The position numbers and the translations under genes were made by a program. The notes below the pieces were generated by a model. The model was given only the letters and a program-made list of their open reading frames with translations, searched no databases and was not told the DNA's origin. From assembly GCF_030144855.1 (NCBI RefSeq), contig NC_082720.1:72788001-72852000 (forward strand): a DNA stretch of 64,000 nt, given 5' to 3'. The stretch's first letter is position 1. Each line of letters starts with the position of its first letter. Below are positions 46,761 to 59,877 of the stretch, piece by piece. The stretch is from Hypanus sabinus. Taxonomy: Eukaryota.

Positions 46761-48124
46761 GATTCTGTGATTATCTTCTGGCTTTGTTCCAAAGAAAATA
46801 CCCTCTTTATGTTCATGGGTTACCAATCTGACTCACATTTCACTATCTGGAAAAACAGATGGATGTGAATTGGAATTGGTATTGAACCACACTCTAATGC
46901 CAGCTTGGGAAATAAAATGGATGCTAGTAGCTTATTGGTCGTCATCCCAGCTGGTGCCATCTTGGAAAAAGATCTGAGAGAGATGCTAGTAGCCTACTAG
47001 TGATCATCCCAGCAACTGGAAACAGGATTGATCTGTGTTCACTCAGCTGTGAGATGCAGCGTTTTATCTGAACCATCAGCTATCTATTTGTCTCCTGGAT
47101 GCCGACTAACCTGCTGAGTTTTTCCAGCATTTTATCTTTTGCTCTAATTTCAGAATGCTGCTTTGCTTAGTAAACAGGTATTTGTTAATCGTGTATTTCA
47201 CTTAACAGGTAGCTCAGGGCTAACAACCCTGAATGGTCAAACAAAACTGTTAAGGAAACAGCAAATTTCACAACACGTGCCGATGATAATAAAGCTGATT
47301 CTGATTCAGTGAAGAATCCTACATCTGTGTGCAATGTTATTCCTGAGTCTTCACCTGTGACTTGCATGACTGACAGTAAACGGAGCGGAAGCTATTGAAA
47401 TGATGAAGGAATCTGTTAACGCCCCCAGAGATGGAGGACCTTCACTGCTGCTCTAAATGTCAGTGGTGTAATTGGCAAGACACTTAACAGGCAGACAATG
47501 TGTGGAATATTTGATCCTTTTATGAAGCTGAGACACAATTGACTTCTTCTTTGTCCCTATGCTAGTTACTTCCATCATTGTGCATTTGTCCTTGTTAAAG
47601 CAAATGTTCAGCCAATTGAGTGCATGTTCTGTGAACATGGAAGAGTGGCCCAGTACTGTCACCTTTTCAGAAAGCCACATCAGTCTATTTTTGACCCTGA
47701 TTGCACGAGTTGTGAGTAAATTGGAAAATCTAATTGCTTTTCCCTCTATCTCATCACTAATTTCCATTTTAGAACTGCTTTTTTTTTCAAAGCTTCAGTC
47801 ACTACACCTTTGCCGTTTATTTTTTTTCTGCTCTATGCCCAAGGCTGTTGATTTTCTTTTTAAGAATTGTTTTGTTTCAATTTGGTTTTGCATCTTTGTT
47901 TGCTCATTCTTTTTTAACTCTTTGGTTCTGGTCAGAATGATGCAACCTTTAGTGTTTTTCTCTCACATCCTGGCACTCAGTGACATTATCCAAAAGAAAA
48001 TACCTGTTTCTATGTGTACATTTCTCAATCTCAATACTTCTCTGACCCTTCTGCTATTTCTGAAGGGTCTGACTGTTTGTTTGAATATACAGCACAAAAT
48101 GAGCAGATTTTTTCCCAACTAACT

Positions 48125-48400
48125 AGACAGACAGACATACTTTATTGATCCCGAGAGAAATTGGGTTTCGTTACAGTCGCACTAACCAAGAATAGTGTAG
48201 AAATAGAGCAATATAAAACCATAAATAATTAACTAATAATAAGTTAGTTATGCCAAGTACAGATAAGTCCAGGACCAGCCTATTGGCTCAGGGTGTCTGA
48301 CACTCCGAGGGAGGAGTCGTAAAGTTTGATGGCCATAGGCAGGAATGACTTCCTATGACGCTCAGTGTTGCATCTTGGTGGAATGAGTCTCTGGCTGAAT
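48125..48400 (-). mobile_element. Young Rex1/Babar-like LINE 3' end
   Basis: (AGAC)n tail plus tactttattg. Minus strand encodes RHRKSFLPMAIKLY. Confidence 0.75.
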
Positions 48401-48404
48401 GAAT

Positions 48405-48899
48405 GAATAGAGAGGGTACAGAGAAGATTTACTAGAATGTTACCTGGGTTTCAGCACCTAAGTTACAGGGAAAGGTTGAACAAGTTAAGTCTTTATTCTT
48501 TGGAGCATGGAAGGTTGAGGGGGGACTTGATAGAGGTATTTAAAATTATGAAGGGGATAGATAGAGTTGACGTGGATAGGCTATTTTCATTGAGAGTAGG
48601 GGAGATTCAAACAAGAGGACATGAGTTGAGAGTTAGGGGGCAAAAGTTTAAGGGTAACATGAGGGGAAATTTCTTTACTCAGAGAGTGGTAGCTGTGTGG
48701 AATGAGCTTCCAGTAGAAGTGGTAGAGGCAGGTTTGGTATTGTCATTTGAAGTAAAATTGGATAGGTATCTGGACAGGAAAGGAATGGAGGGTTATGGGC
48801 TGAGTGCGGGTCAGTGGGACTAGGTGAGAGTAAGTGTTCCACACAGACTAGGAGGGTCGAGATGGCCTGTTTCTGTGCTGTAATTGTTATATGGTTATA
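48405..48899 (+). mobile_element. Young CR1 3' end (uninterrupted 128-aa ORF2 tail)
   Basis: LSYRERL..RLRGDLIEVFKI..TRGH..FFTQRVVAVWNELP. Tail gttatatggttatat. Confidence 0.92.
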
Positions 48900-49189
48900 T
48901 GAGTTAAATACTGAGCAGGCTGAGCCCTTTGCTCTGGTCTTTGGCACAAACTCCACTATCTGGACACCATAATCTCATTCTTCTTACCAAATACCTGAAG
49001 CTAGAGCAAACTGTTGTAATATCTGACTCTCTTTCATTCATGGAGTATGGGAAATGGTAACAAAGTTATGATTTATTAGTCATTTCTAATTACCCTTAGG
49101 AAGAAGTGGTGAGGCCCTGAATATTTTGACATTCTTCCACTTTGCTGTTAGATAGGAAGATTCAGGATTTCAGCCTGGTGATTAGATCA

Positions 49190-49335
49190 GATTAGATTTA
49201 TTTAATAATCACATCTACATCAAAGCATATAGTAAAGTGCATTGTTTGTATAAACAACCAACACAGTCTGAGGGTGTGCTGGGGGCAGCCCGCAAGCGTT
49301 GCCACACGTACATCCTGCACCCACATAGCATGCCC
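49190..49335 (-). mobile_element. SINE 3' tail fragment
   Basis: gattagattt..gtgtgctgggggcagcccgcaagcgttgccac, the reverse of the 58430-58500 region. Confidence 0.6.
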
Positions 49336-49369
49336 ACAGTGTTCTGCAGGGATGAGGAAACGGTAACGT

Positions 49370-51180
49370 CTTTGCAAGTGAGGGTGGCATATGACTTGGA
49401 AAGGATTCCTGGTGCTTAATGACTTTTCCTTTTTGGTGGTAAAGGTTGCTGATTTGTAACGTGTCACTGTGTCAATAGAGAAGCTTAGGTAAGTGTAGCG
49501 CACCTCACGGATAATACAAACTGTCAACAGTGTGCATTAGTGTGGATGGGGTGAATGCTTAAACTGCTTGAAGGAATGCACATTTTATCTTGGATAGTGC
49601 TAAGTGACTAGTGTATTGTTAGAGCTGCACGTGGTCAGGCTGGTGGAGAACATTTTATCACATACTTAATGTACTTTATACTTGGTGAAAAGTTATTTGG
49701 GAGCCAAAAGTTGAGTTATTTACCACAGAATGCCCAGCCTTTGACCTGTTCCTCAAGCCACAGCACTTATATTGCTGGTCTACTTGAGTTACTCATCCAG
49801 CGGGTTTATAGTTGGGATTTGACATTCAATAGCTTCAGGAAAACCAGTGATATGCAATTAGTCTGCATGTTGTTAAATATGGCAGTTTGCTTGACAATAT
49901 TGTGATGCAATTGTTACCACTTATCATTTCTATATAGTCTCAGTATTGCTGTGTGCAGGCATGGGCTGTTTCAAGGACTGAGGAACTGCAAATGGATTTG
50001 AACGTTGTGTACTGTCAGTGAATATCCCACTTCTGATCTTGCTTTGCTGCTGCTTGTGTATGTGAGTGGGGGCTTTGGGTTTCTGACATTTTTCTACCAT
50101 TCATTCTTTGGGGTGTTCTTCTATTTTTCATGGATCTCTGCAAAGAGAAAGGATTTCAGGTTGTATATTACGGATTCACGGATATTAGAATGAACCACTT
50201 GAATCATTTGAACCATTCTATGGTGGAAGAGAGATCAAATATAAAGTATTTGAAGATAGCTGGGGCAGTATCAGAAATTAGGCTTCCTGAAGAAATACTG
50301 CAGTGCAATACAGATGATTGACCTCCAATAACCATGACCGCTTCTGTAAAATGTATTTCTCCCCTTAATGCCCTTTGAGTGCTGGATTTTGCTAGGGTCC
50401 CTTGACACCTTAACCTCAATAGCTCTCACTTTCACCCCACCTCTGGAATTCAGCTCTTTGCCCTGTGTCTCTGACGACATCAGGAGCCAAATGATCTTGG
50501 CATATCCTAAACCTAATATTGGTGGACAGGATTTTGGTAGGCAAATGTTTCTTGATAGCACTGTTAATAACAGCTTTCATCAATTTGCTAACAATTGATA
50601 TGAAACTAATTGGGTATTAATTTAATTGGATTTGGACTTCTCCTGCTTTTTGTGAATGGGACATTCCTGGGCAATTTTCCACATTGTTGACTAGATGCCA
50701 GTGTCGTAACTGCATTGAAAGAGCTTGGCTAGAGGAACGTCTAGTTGTGGAGTACATGTCTTCAGTACTACGACTGGGATATTGTCTGGTCCCACAGCTT
50801 TTGTTGTATCCTGTTCTTTCAGCCAGCTCTTGATGTTACGTGTATGAATTGAACTGGCTGAAATCTGGCTTCAATGATAGTGGTGATCTCAGGAAGGAGC
50901 TAAGATGGCACATCCAGTCAGCACTTCTGCCTGAACACTGCCTTTCTTTGGCAGCCACATGCTGCATCTTGCTATCTTAGAGGATGTAGATTTTTTGGAG
51001 CCATCTTCTTTTATAAACTGCTCGATTGTACACTAATAGTTCAACTAGATATCAAAAACTGCAGCACTTTGAGTGGCTCAGTTTGTCTCATAGTCTCTCA
51101 GTGTGACTGTGACATGCTGTTTCTGCTGTTCACCAGGAATATAGTGTCTTTTTGCAGCTTCCCTATTTGATACTGGGATA
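49370..51180 (-). mobile_element. Ancient CR1/L2-group LINE fragment (same family as 33350-34980)
   Basis: Contains cctgggcaattttccacattgttg and gtcccacagcttttgttgtatc (reverse KAVGPD-like). Heavily decayed. Confidence 0.55.
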
Positions 51181-51205
51181 TTGAACCTGGGATGATCACG
51201 TGGCT

Positions 51206-51677
51206 AACACACACAAAACACTGATGGAACTCAGCAGGTCAGACAGCATCAATGAAGAGGAATAAACAGTTGACGTTTTGGTCCTAGCGCCACCAGGTCT
51301 CAGCGCAAAACTTTGACTGCTTATTCCTCTCCATAGAGCTGCTTAGTTGCTCCAGCATTTTTGTTTTATTTTATTGTGATGCAATGCAGAATAAGCCCTT
51401 CCAGCCCTTTGAGCCACACCACTCAGCAACGAGCCAATTCTAATCCTAGCCCAATAACGGGACAATTTTCAATGACCAATTAACCTACCAACCTTTGGTA
51501 GGTACCACATGGTCGTGGGGAGAGCCTACAACCTCCTTATAGGCAGCATCAGGGATTGAACCCAGGCTGCCTGCGCCTGTACTCTGAAGTGTTGTGCTAA
51601 CGACTATGCCACCGTGCCAGACCATATTTTGCCTGTGTTACTCTGGAATTCCAGCATCAGCAGAATCTCTTTTGTTA
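51206..51677. mobile_element. Palindromic PLE-derived element with an HE1-like SINE (~51362-51622, minus) inserted in its right arm
   Basis: Arms 51206-51280 / 51300-51360 plus 51625-51670. Probable TSD ATGATCACGTGGCT / ATGATACCTTGGCT (3 mismatches). Confidence 0.75.
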
Positions 51678-52164
51678 ATGATACCTTGGCTTGGCTTGGT
51701 GGGGGACTGGTAGTTGGTTTATTATCGTCACACGTACTAGGATACGGTTAAAAGATTTTGTTTGCCTGCCATCCAGGCAGGTCATTCCATACGCTGAGGT
51801 GGTACAAGAGGAAAGGAAAACAGAATGCAGAATATAGTGTTATAGTTACTGAGCAGGTAGACAATAGTGATGTATTTTTTGGTGCAACTGTTGGGGTCAG
51901 ATTAGAGTTTATACCTATGCCATTCAGTACTTTTGCACATGAAGGGTATTCTGTCTCTGAAATTGGGACTTTATAATCACAAACACTGTGCAGTGATAAT
52001 TTTTATCAGTCATTTTGTTGACAGGTTCATCTTCCACAGATACGCTGATGAACATGAGGTTAAATATGTTTGTCCCTCCAGCTGCTTCACTCACTACCTG
52101 CAGTAGCCCTAGTCTTATAGCACACTATCTTATTCTACCAATTCAGGGATGATTAAGAATTAGT

Positions 52165-52415
52165 GCTGTGGATCTGGAAACACCTGCAGGCAAGATCAGG
52201 TAAGGATTGCAGATCTACTTCCCTGAAGGGAATGGGTGAAGCAAATATTTTTATTTTACACCAGTCTCACAGTTTCACGATCACCATTACTGATAATAGG
52301 CTTTTTATTCCAGATTTATTTAACTGAATTCAAATTAACCAGCTGATGTTGCGGGATTTGAGTGAGCATCTCTGGATCATTAATCCAGTCCTCCGTACCA
52401 GAGTCCAGTAATGAC
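52165..52415 (-). mobile_element. Ancient tRNA-derived SINE
   Basis: gggatttga..ctggatcattaatccag..gtccagtaat (reverse B-box region) and ggtaaggattgcagat..ttccctgaagg. Confidence 0.5.
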
Positions 52416-52961
52416 CCAGCTTTCTTTCATGCTTTCATTCTTGGCTCCAACTCAACCCCATTTACATCCAGAAATAGTTAATTAATTAAGTGCCCTATTT
52501 TAACACAGCAAGGAGGTCAACATGAAATCTGACCTGACACTACACTGTTGGTCAGGTGTTTCTGGCAGCATTCCCATTCTTTGGCCTATTGGGAAATAAC
52601 ATACCCACCCTTCTGTTGTATCTAGGGCCCAGATACAGGTTTTGCTTAGTGACACAAAAGGAAGCCAACAGATGGACGAGAACAATATTCTAATGAACAA
52701 TATGGAAAGCACATGTCATCTTGAATTGCATTTCATAGAACTGCATGAAGCTTGAAAGACTAACTCATCTGCTACTTGTATCATAGCTGAACTAGAAATG
52801 AAACGGCAATCTAAATGCTGGGGATGCCATTCTGAATCTTTGTGAACTTTTACCTTTTACTCAATGGGTAACTTATGCTGTTTTTGTTCGGAAACTTATC
52901 TATCATCAGCACAAGAACTGTGTTATTTGTACATTCCATGCTAGTGCTATTATTTACGTAT

Positions 52962-55160
52962 TTATTTATTTAGAGGCACAGTGTAGTTCAGGCCCTTCCG
53001 ACACAATGAGCAGCACTGCCTAGCAACCCACCTATTTAACCCTAGCCTAATCACAGGACAACTTACAATGGCCAATTAACTTTCTAGCCAGAATGTCTTT
53101 GGACAGTGGGATGAAGCCAACACGGTTATGGGAAGAATGTACAAACTCCTTACAGATGGTGCTGGAATTGCTGGAAATACTGGTTAGTGTTGAAGGACTT
53201 GGCAGCTAACCTCGATGAGTATGCCTCAGCTGTCATAGACTTTATCTGGAAATGCACAGAGGAGTGTATATCTCGCAAGACGATCTGGGTCTTCCCTAAC
53301 CAGAAGCCTTGGATGAATTATGAGGTCCAGTCCCTTTTGAAGGCTAGAGATGTGGCTTTTAGGTCCGGAGATACCAGTTGCTACAAGGAATCCAGGCGTG
53401 AGCTCTGGAAAGCCATTAAGGGTGCCAAGAGGCAATATCGAGCCAACTTGGAAGCCCAGGCTAACCAGAGGGATGCCAGTAGACTATGGTAGGGTCTAAA
53501 TGAGATCACTGGGCGCAAAGAAAAGGCTGGGAATATCAATAACTGTAGTACTTCTCTTCCTGACGAACTTAACGTATTCTATGCAAGATTCGAACAGAAG
53601 AAGAGCATCCTGCCCCCTCTAGATGAACCAGACCTGGTGGCATCAAGATTCATCATCACCGAGGAAGGCGTTAGAAGAGCCTTCCTGAAGATAAATCCAA
53701 GGAAGGCGACGGGTGCAGATGGCGTCCCGGAATGGGTTCTCCGGGACTGTGCAAGCGAGCTAGCTGGAGTGTTTGCTGACATCTTCAACTGCTCCCTGCT
53801 TCAGTCTAAGATCCCCTATTGTTTTAGGAAAGCAACGATAATCTCTGCGCTGAAGAAAAGCTAGGTAGCATACCTGAATGACTACTGACCTGTGGCTCTG
53901 ACATCAATTGCTATGAAGTGCTTCAAGCAATTGGTTATGGCGCACATCAACCATAACCTACCGGTCAACCTCGACGCTTTGCAATTCACCTACCGGAGCA
54001 ACAGGTCAACGGCAGATGCATCTCTCTGGCACTACATTCCTCCTTAGAACATGTGGAGAATAAAGACGCATATGTAAGGCTCCTTTTCATCGACTACAGC
54101 TCTGCCTTTAATAGCGTCATTCCAAATAAATTGATTCCTAAGCTCCGGAACCTGGGTCTCAGCACTCAGATCTGCAGCTGGATCTTCAACTTCCTCACAG
54201 ACAGGACCCAAGCTGTAATGATAGGGGACAAGCTCTCCTCTACAATCACTCTGAGCACCGGTGCCCCACAAGGCTATGTACTCAGCCGATGACACCACAA
54301 TTGTAGGCCGTACCTTGGGTAATGATGAGTCTGAGTACAGAGAGGAAATTAAGAACCGTACGACCCGATCTACATTGATGGTGCGCAGGTGGAACAGGTT
54401 AAAAGCTTTAAGTTCCTCGAGGTGAATATCACAAATGACCTGACTTGGTCTAACCAAGCAGAGTCCTCTGCCAAGAAGGCCCACCAGTGCCTTTACTTCC
54501 TGAGAGAGCTGAAGAAATTTGGCCTGTCCCCTAAAACCCTCACTGATTTTTATAAATGCTCCATAGAAAGCATTTTTCTAGGGTGCATGACAACCTGGTG
54601 TGGAAGTTGTTCTGTCCAAGACGGGAAGAAGCTGCACAAGATCGTGAACATAGCCCAGCACATCACACAAACCAATCTTCCATCCTTGGACTCACTTTAC
54701 ACCGCACGCTGTCGGAGCAGTACTGCCAGGATAATCAAGGACATGACCCACCCAGCCAACACACCTTTTGTCCCACTTCCCTCTGGGAGAAGGTTCAGGA
54801 GCATGAAGATTCGTACGGCCAGATTTGGGAACAGTTTCTTTCCAACTGTGATAAGACTGCTGAACAGATCCTGACTCAGATCTGGGCCGAACCTTCCAAA
54901 TATCCGGACCTGACTTGCACTACCGTACTTTCCCTTTTCTATTTTCTAATTATGATTTATAACTTAAATTTTTATTATATTTACTTTTATTTGTACTTCA
55001 GGGAGCGCGAAGCACAGAAACAAATATCACTGTGATGATTGTACACTCTAGTATCAATTGGTTGGTGACAATAAAGTAAAAGTAAAAGTAAAAAATTGAA
55101 CTCCACTCTCTAAGTGGCCTGAGCTGTAATAGCATTGCGCTAACTGCTATGCTCCCATGG
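52962..55160 (-). mobile_element. HE1/V-SINE-like element split by the Rex1/Babar LINE
   Basis: Body 52962-53170 and head 55094-55160, with AATTG repeated at both junctions (53166-53170, 55094-55098). Confidence 0.7.
53171..55093 (+). mobile_element. Rex1/Babar-clade LINE, 5'-truncated RT with internal deletions
   Basis: [63 protein letters not shown]. Tail aataaagtaaaagtaaaagtaaaa. Confidence 0.92.
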
Positions 55161-55394
55161 TTCAGTGCAGACATTGAGGGTCAAAGGGGTTTGTTCCTAT
55201 GCTATTTTGTTTTATGTTTTACGTTCTATGCTCTGTAGCAGCCTTTTACTGCTTTTTTGCCTCATTCTTTTTACCAGTCCATGATTTGTGACAGCTGTTT
55301 GCAAAAAAAATCCAACAAAAATCTTTTGTACTTCAGGATAAACATTTGTAGGTTGAAGTGTGGTGGGAGGTACCTGCGCCTGCACTGTTACCTG

Positions 55395-56112
55395 CACCTG
55401 TCCTGGGCCCAGCACGTAAATGCAATTATGAAGAAGCCTCTGCTTCCTTAGGAGTTTGCAAAAATTTGGCATAACTTCTAAAACTTCGACAAACTTCCAG
55501 AGATATGTAGTGGACATTATATTAATGGCCTGGCATGGAAGCACCAATGCCTTTGAATAGAAATGCTTCAAAAAGTAGTGGCTATGTCCCAGTCCGTCAT
55601 GGGTAAAGCCCTACAAACCACTGAGCATATCTACATGAAATGCTGTCACAGGAAAGCAGCATCCATCATCAGCGATCCCCACCTCAGGACATGCTTTCTT
55701 CTTGCTGCTGCTATCAGGAAGAAGACGCAGAAGCTTCAGGACTCACACCACCACATTCAAGAACAGTTATTACCCCTCAATCATCAGGCTGTTGAACCAA
55801 AGGAGGTAAGTTCATTCAACTTCACTTGCAGCATCTTTGAAATATTTCCACAACCTATGGATTCTTCATCTCATGTTCTTGATAGTTATTGCTTATTTAT
55901 TTATTATTATTATTTCTTTCTTTTTGTATTTGTGCAGTTTGTTGTCTTTTGCACTCTGGTTGAATGCCCAAGCTGGTGCTGTCTATTATTGATTCTATTA
56001 TGGTTATTATTCTATTATGGATTTATTGATTATGCCCACAAGGAAAAGAATCCCAGGATTGTATTTGGTGATAGATAATGTACTTTGATAATATATTTAC
56101 TTTGAACTTCGA
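55395..56112 (+). mobile_element. Older Rex1/Babar-like LINE 3' end
   Basis: LSWAQHVNAIMKK, LQKVV..QS, KAASIISDP. Tail tttactttgaacttcgaact. Confidence 0.8.
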
Positions 56113-57234
56113 ACTTTTTTGACCTTCGTTGATAGTCCTTCGATAACGTAATAGATGGAACATCATTAACCTTGATGCATTGTCAGTTATATATTTCGGG
56201 ATAAATAATGCCATTTGGGGTTAAAGTGATAAAGATGGATCCTTTAATTTGGAGATTAATGAACATCCACAAAGAATCCCCACTCCTTGAAATAGTTATT
56301 GCTTTTACATTCTTTTGTTTACAGCAAGCGTTTGTTTGAGAGGTAGACCTGAAATGCTGATTATAGATTTCCACTCTCATGCTTCCACCTGGGTCCCTCT
56401 TTTCAAGAAAGACCAATCTTTCACAATAGTAACAATGCAGTGAAAATAGAATATACAAATCTGATTGAAGGTCTATCTTCTTCCGATTAATTTTCTCCGA
56501 GTGACTGTTCTGTTGAGGGAGTGGAACTTTCTCCTCATGCAGTCATGAAGTCAGTCCAGACTTCTACCTGTGGGTTGACTGGCTGTGCCCCTCTGATGTC
56601 ATAAAGCAGTGAATGTATTTGAATCTAATGGAGCTTACTTTTAACACAAAGTGAAATTGTAGATTGATTACATGATCCTCACTTCAATGCTTGGTGCACC
56701 CTGTAATTCCTGAGGATTAATTCTGTTCTCCCACTATAATTTACATGGTAGAAACTAGCTTTGAAGTAAAGGTTCCCACTTACCCGGAAGCAGTCATTAA
56801 CAACTCTGGAATGATTACTAGCAGTCTTTTAGCATCAGTTAGTGATGTCATACTGCCTGAGCATCATGGAACTTCACATCTATCTACAAAGGGAGACATT
56901 TTTATGAAATCTCTGAATAAAAAAAATCCAATTGCAATTAAATGGAAGTGATTAAATATAGGTTGTTAGCAGACATGACTGCAATTCCACCAGATAGCTT
57001 CAGGTGGGAAACTACTAGAAGATAGTGAATCTGGGCAGTGGTGACTGCTGGTGTCTCCGGAGATCAGTCTTAAAATATCCGCTGTTCTTTAATATTTAAT
57101 AATAACATTGATGAATGTATTTTAAGCTGATTGCATTACCTGATTAATTATACGTTCAAGCTGCTGCAAGGAAAGTGCTCAACACATGGGAGAATAAAAG
57201 AAATAACAAAAGTCAACTGTGATAAAGCCAATGC

Positions 57235-57412
57235 TGGCCAATTTTATAGTGGTAACCACACCAGACTTTGAGGTCAATAGTCTGGGGTTCGAATCCAGCC
57301 AGCCCCTTGTTTTCTGTCCATGCTGGGTTAATCATCGAGCTAGCAACTTGACCTTGTAAAAACAGACAAAAGTATTAAAGAAGTGGCAAGACTGCCACCT
57401 GATGCACCATGA
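57235..57412 (+). mobile_element. tRNA-derived SINE head
   Basis: A-box-like TAGTGG (57247) and B box GGTTCGAATCC (57286-57296). No cloverleaf or terminator. Confidence 0.65.
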
Positions 57413-58226
57413 GGTAAGTATCAAAAAGGATAAAGCAGAGAACTTTGAAAGAAAGTTTCTTTCAATCTTCTCATATCTTAAGGCCTCTCCTTGCTCCAGT
57501 TAGAATTTAGTACTATCCACAAAGATTGCATCGTACTTGTCATAATCAAAAACTTTAATAACTTGTACAAAATGCTAAAGATTTCCATGCAAGCCCCTGA
57601 TGCTTTGTCTGAAATGATTCGAGTACAAGTTACAAAAGGGCATATCTACAACATTTGCTAATGGAGGTAGATTTTTTAATATAATAAAGTTTAAAAAACA
57701 CTGAGTGAAGGAAAGAAGTTCCAGAATTGATGAGCAGTAAGAGATGGCTGACTGGTGGTGAAATAATGTAGGAAAAAATGCTTCTAAAGTTGGATCAAAA
57801 GAGATCTTGGGATAAGGGGTTTGGGAACTGGGGTAGGTGTCAGTTTGGAGGAAGGAGTAATGTTTTGTTAAAGACAGAATGGAAATCTGTGGAACAGTGG
57901 TGTAAATGCTGTCTCTGATTTATCTGCATCTATTGGAGGAAAAGAATATTTAAATAAAGTGTCATACCTTACAACAAACTCTTTAAAATATTCACCTACA
58001 TGATGCAAACTCTCAAGTGTATTAAGTTTGTATCATAGTTTATCATGTGATTGTGAACTTTATTAAAATAAAAATTGATGTTGTTTCATAAGATGTGAAG
58101 TACCTGCTAAGTTTGACCACATTTGAATTGTTTTACAGTACATCCAATTAATTGCGTTATATTCATAATTTAAAACAAGCATATTACTCATGCTTGTTTT
58201 ATCATTCTTGGTCTTTACAGTGTCTT

Positions 58227-58905
58227 GGGTAGCATGGTAGCATAGCGGTTTGTTCAGCACTTTACAGTGCCAGTGATTGGGGTTCAATTCCCGCCACTGT
58301 CTGGAAGTAGTTTGAACACCTTCCCCATGATTGTGTGGGTTCCCTCCCAGTTTTCAGATTCATCCCCACATTCCAAAGATGTACTGTTAATGTTAAGGTT
58401 AGTGAGTTGTGTGTATGCTATTTTAGTGCTGGAAGCATGGTGATACTTGCGAGCTGCCCTTAGCACAATCCTTGTACAACATTGGTGTTTGACATAAACA
58501 ACACCTTTCAATGGAAAAGAATAAATAGTCGATGCTTCTGGGATTCTGGCATGAGGACTCCTAATTCCTTTTTCGCTTCTGATGCTTGAGCTTTCTCCCC
58601 ATTTAGATAATAGTCTGCACTATTGTCCTATCTTTAATTCTCTCTATGCCTCTTATCATCTTGTCCACTTCTATCAAATCACCTCTCTGATCGAGACCCT
58701 TCTTCGGGAGTCTCAGCCGAAAGCGTTGACTGTTTATTCCTCTCCATTGATGCTGCCTGGCCTGCTTGGTTCCTCCAGCATTTCTTTGTGGATTAATTAG
58801 GATTTCCAGCATCTGTAGACCTTCTCATATTGGTGATTGGGAACAACTTCCAACGTATGCTTCAAATTATGTTATGATGACAAATAAAGCTGATCTTTAA
58901 TCTTT
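58227..58905 (+). mobile_element. HE1/V-SINE with a PLE-arm/CR1 chimeric insert (~58510-58835) in its tail
   Basis: B box ggggttcaattccc; V-domain ttccccatgattgtgtgggtt..cccacattccaaagatgt; tail aaataaagctgatctttaatctttaatc. Confidence 0.8.
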
Positions 58906-59877
58906 AATCCATTCTTTTTCTTTGTAACGCTCTGTAATTTGTGATAGTATACAAAAATACTGAAATATTCAGCATGTCAAGATGGATCTGTGAAAGGAAA
59001 TACTGAGCTAAAATTTGATCCGGATGACCTTTCATCAGTTTACCTGTGGTACCATAAAATCAACCACTTGCAGTTTAAAAAAAAAATCAATAAAACTAAA
59101 ACCAGGTTGGTCCATGTAGAGAGAAACAGGACATTAAAGAAAATATCTTTTGAATGTACCAGGACTTTTATAGGTCTCAAAAATGAAGATGGAAATTCAT
59201 CCAGGGAGCTGCATATTTCAAATGGTGCTAAATATTCAGTGAGATGAAAATGGTACCCTTATTGTAACTCCAGTCAAGTTGTTTTGCCATGGAAGTATTT
59301 ACCCAATGAAAACAAAGAAACATCTGCTCTCTGATGGAGCATCCTGGTCCGTTGCCAAAGGGGGAAATGTCTTTTTGAAACAAAGCTTTAATGTTAATTT
59401 ATTTTCATAAGTGTTAGCTCACAGCCTGAGATACCATATTTAATTTCTGTGCTTCTGCCCATGAAAAGCATGATGTTAGACTGTCATGCATTTAGTCATT
59501 AGTTGAGCTATTTAAGTTAAATCACTCTTGTGGTAGATGGTTGAACATTATTCAGTTTATGAAATTATTTAATGTCTCCCATGATGACTGCGAGGCTAAA
59601 AAGAAAAATTATATTCCTTTTTAAGACCTAAGTGGATTGCATTTCTTTAATCATTTATAATTGGTGTCCTGAAGTATTTTGATGGAATTAAGAAGGAGCA
59701 TCTACATTAGCACTTTCAACACGGGGCAGTCTCACCATCTGGGTCTCTTTTTAGAGGGAGAGTATTACCATTGGGACCCATATTGGAGACACAGCATAAT
59801 CACTATGCCTTTTAAAAATCACTCACTAAAATTATGATCGAAAGGGAATTAATTTTTACTGAAGGGATGGAAGTAAC

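Noticed and set aside
47418-47438. CTCF-like motif (gcccccagagatgg)
   Set aside because: Only the GGGGGCG half matches the consensus.
47559-48122. 187-aa ORF in unique sequence
   Set aside because: F/L/S-rich product of T-rich DNA with no recognisable domain or splice context.
57235-57310. tRNA gene
   Set aside because: Only A/B boxes; no cloverleaf, and it continues into a SINE body.
57408-57420. Strong splice donor GAG|GTAAGT as a host exon end
   Set aside because: Lies at the end of a SINE-derived segment with no convincing upstream acceptor or coding frame.
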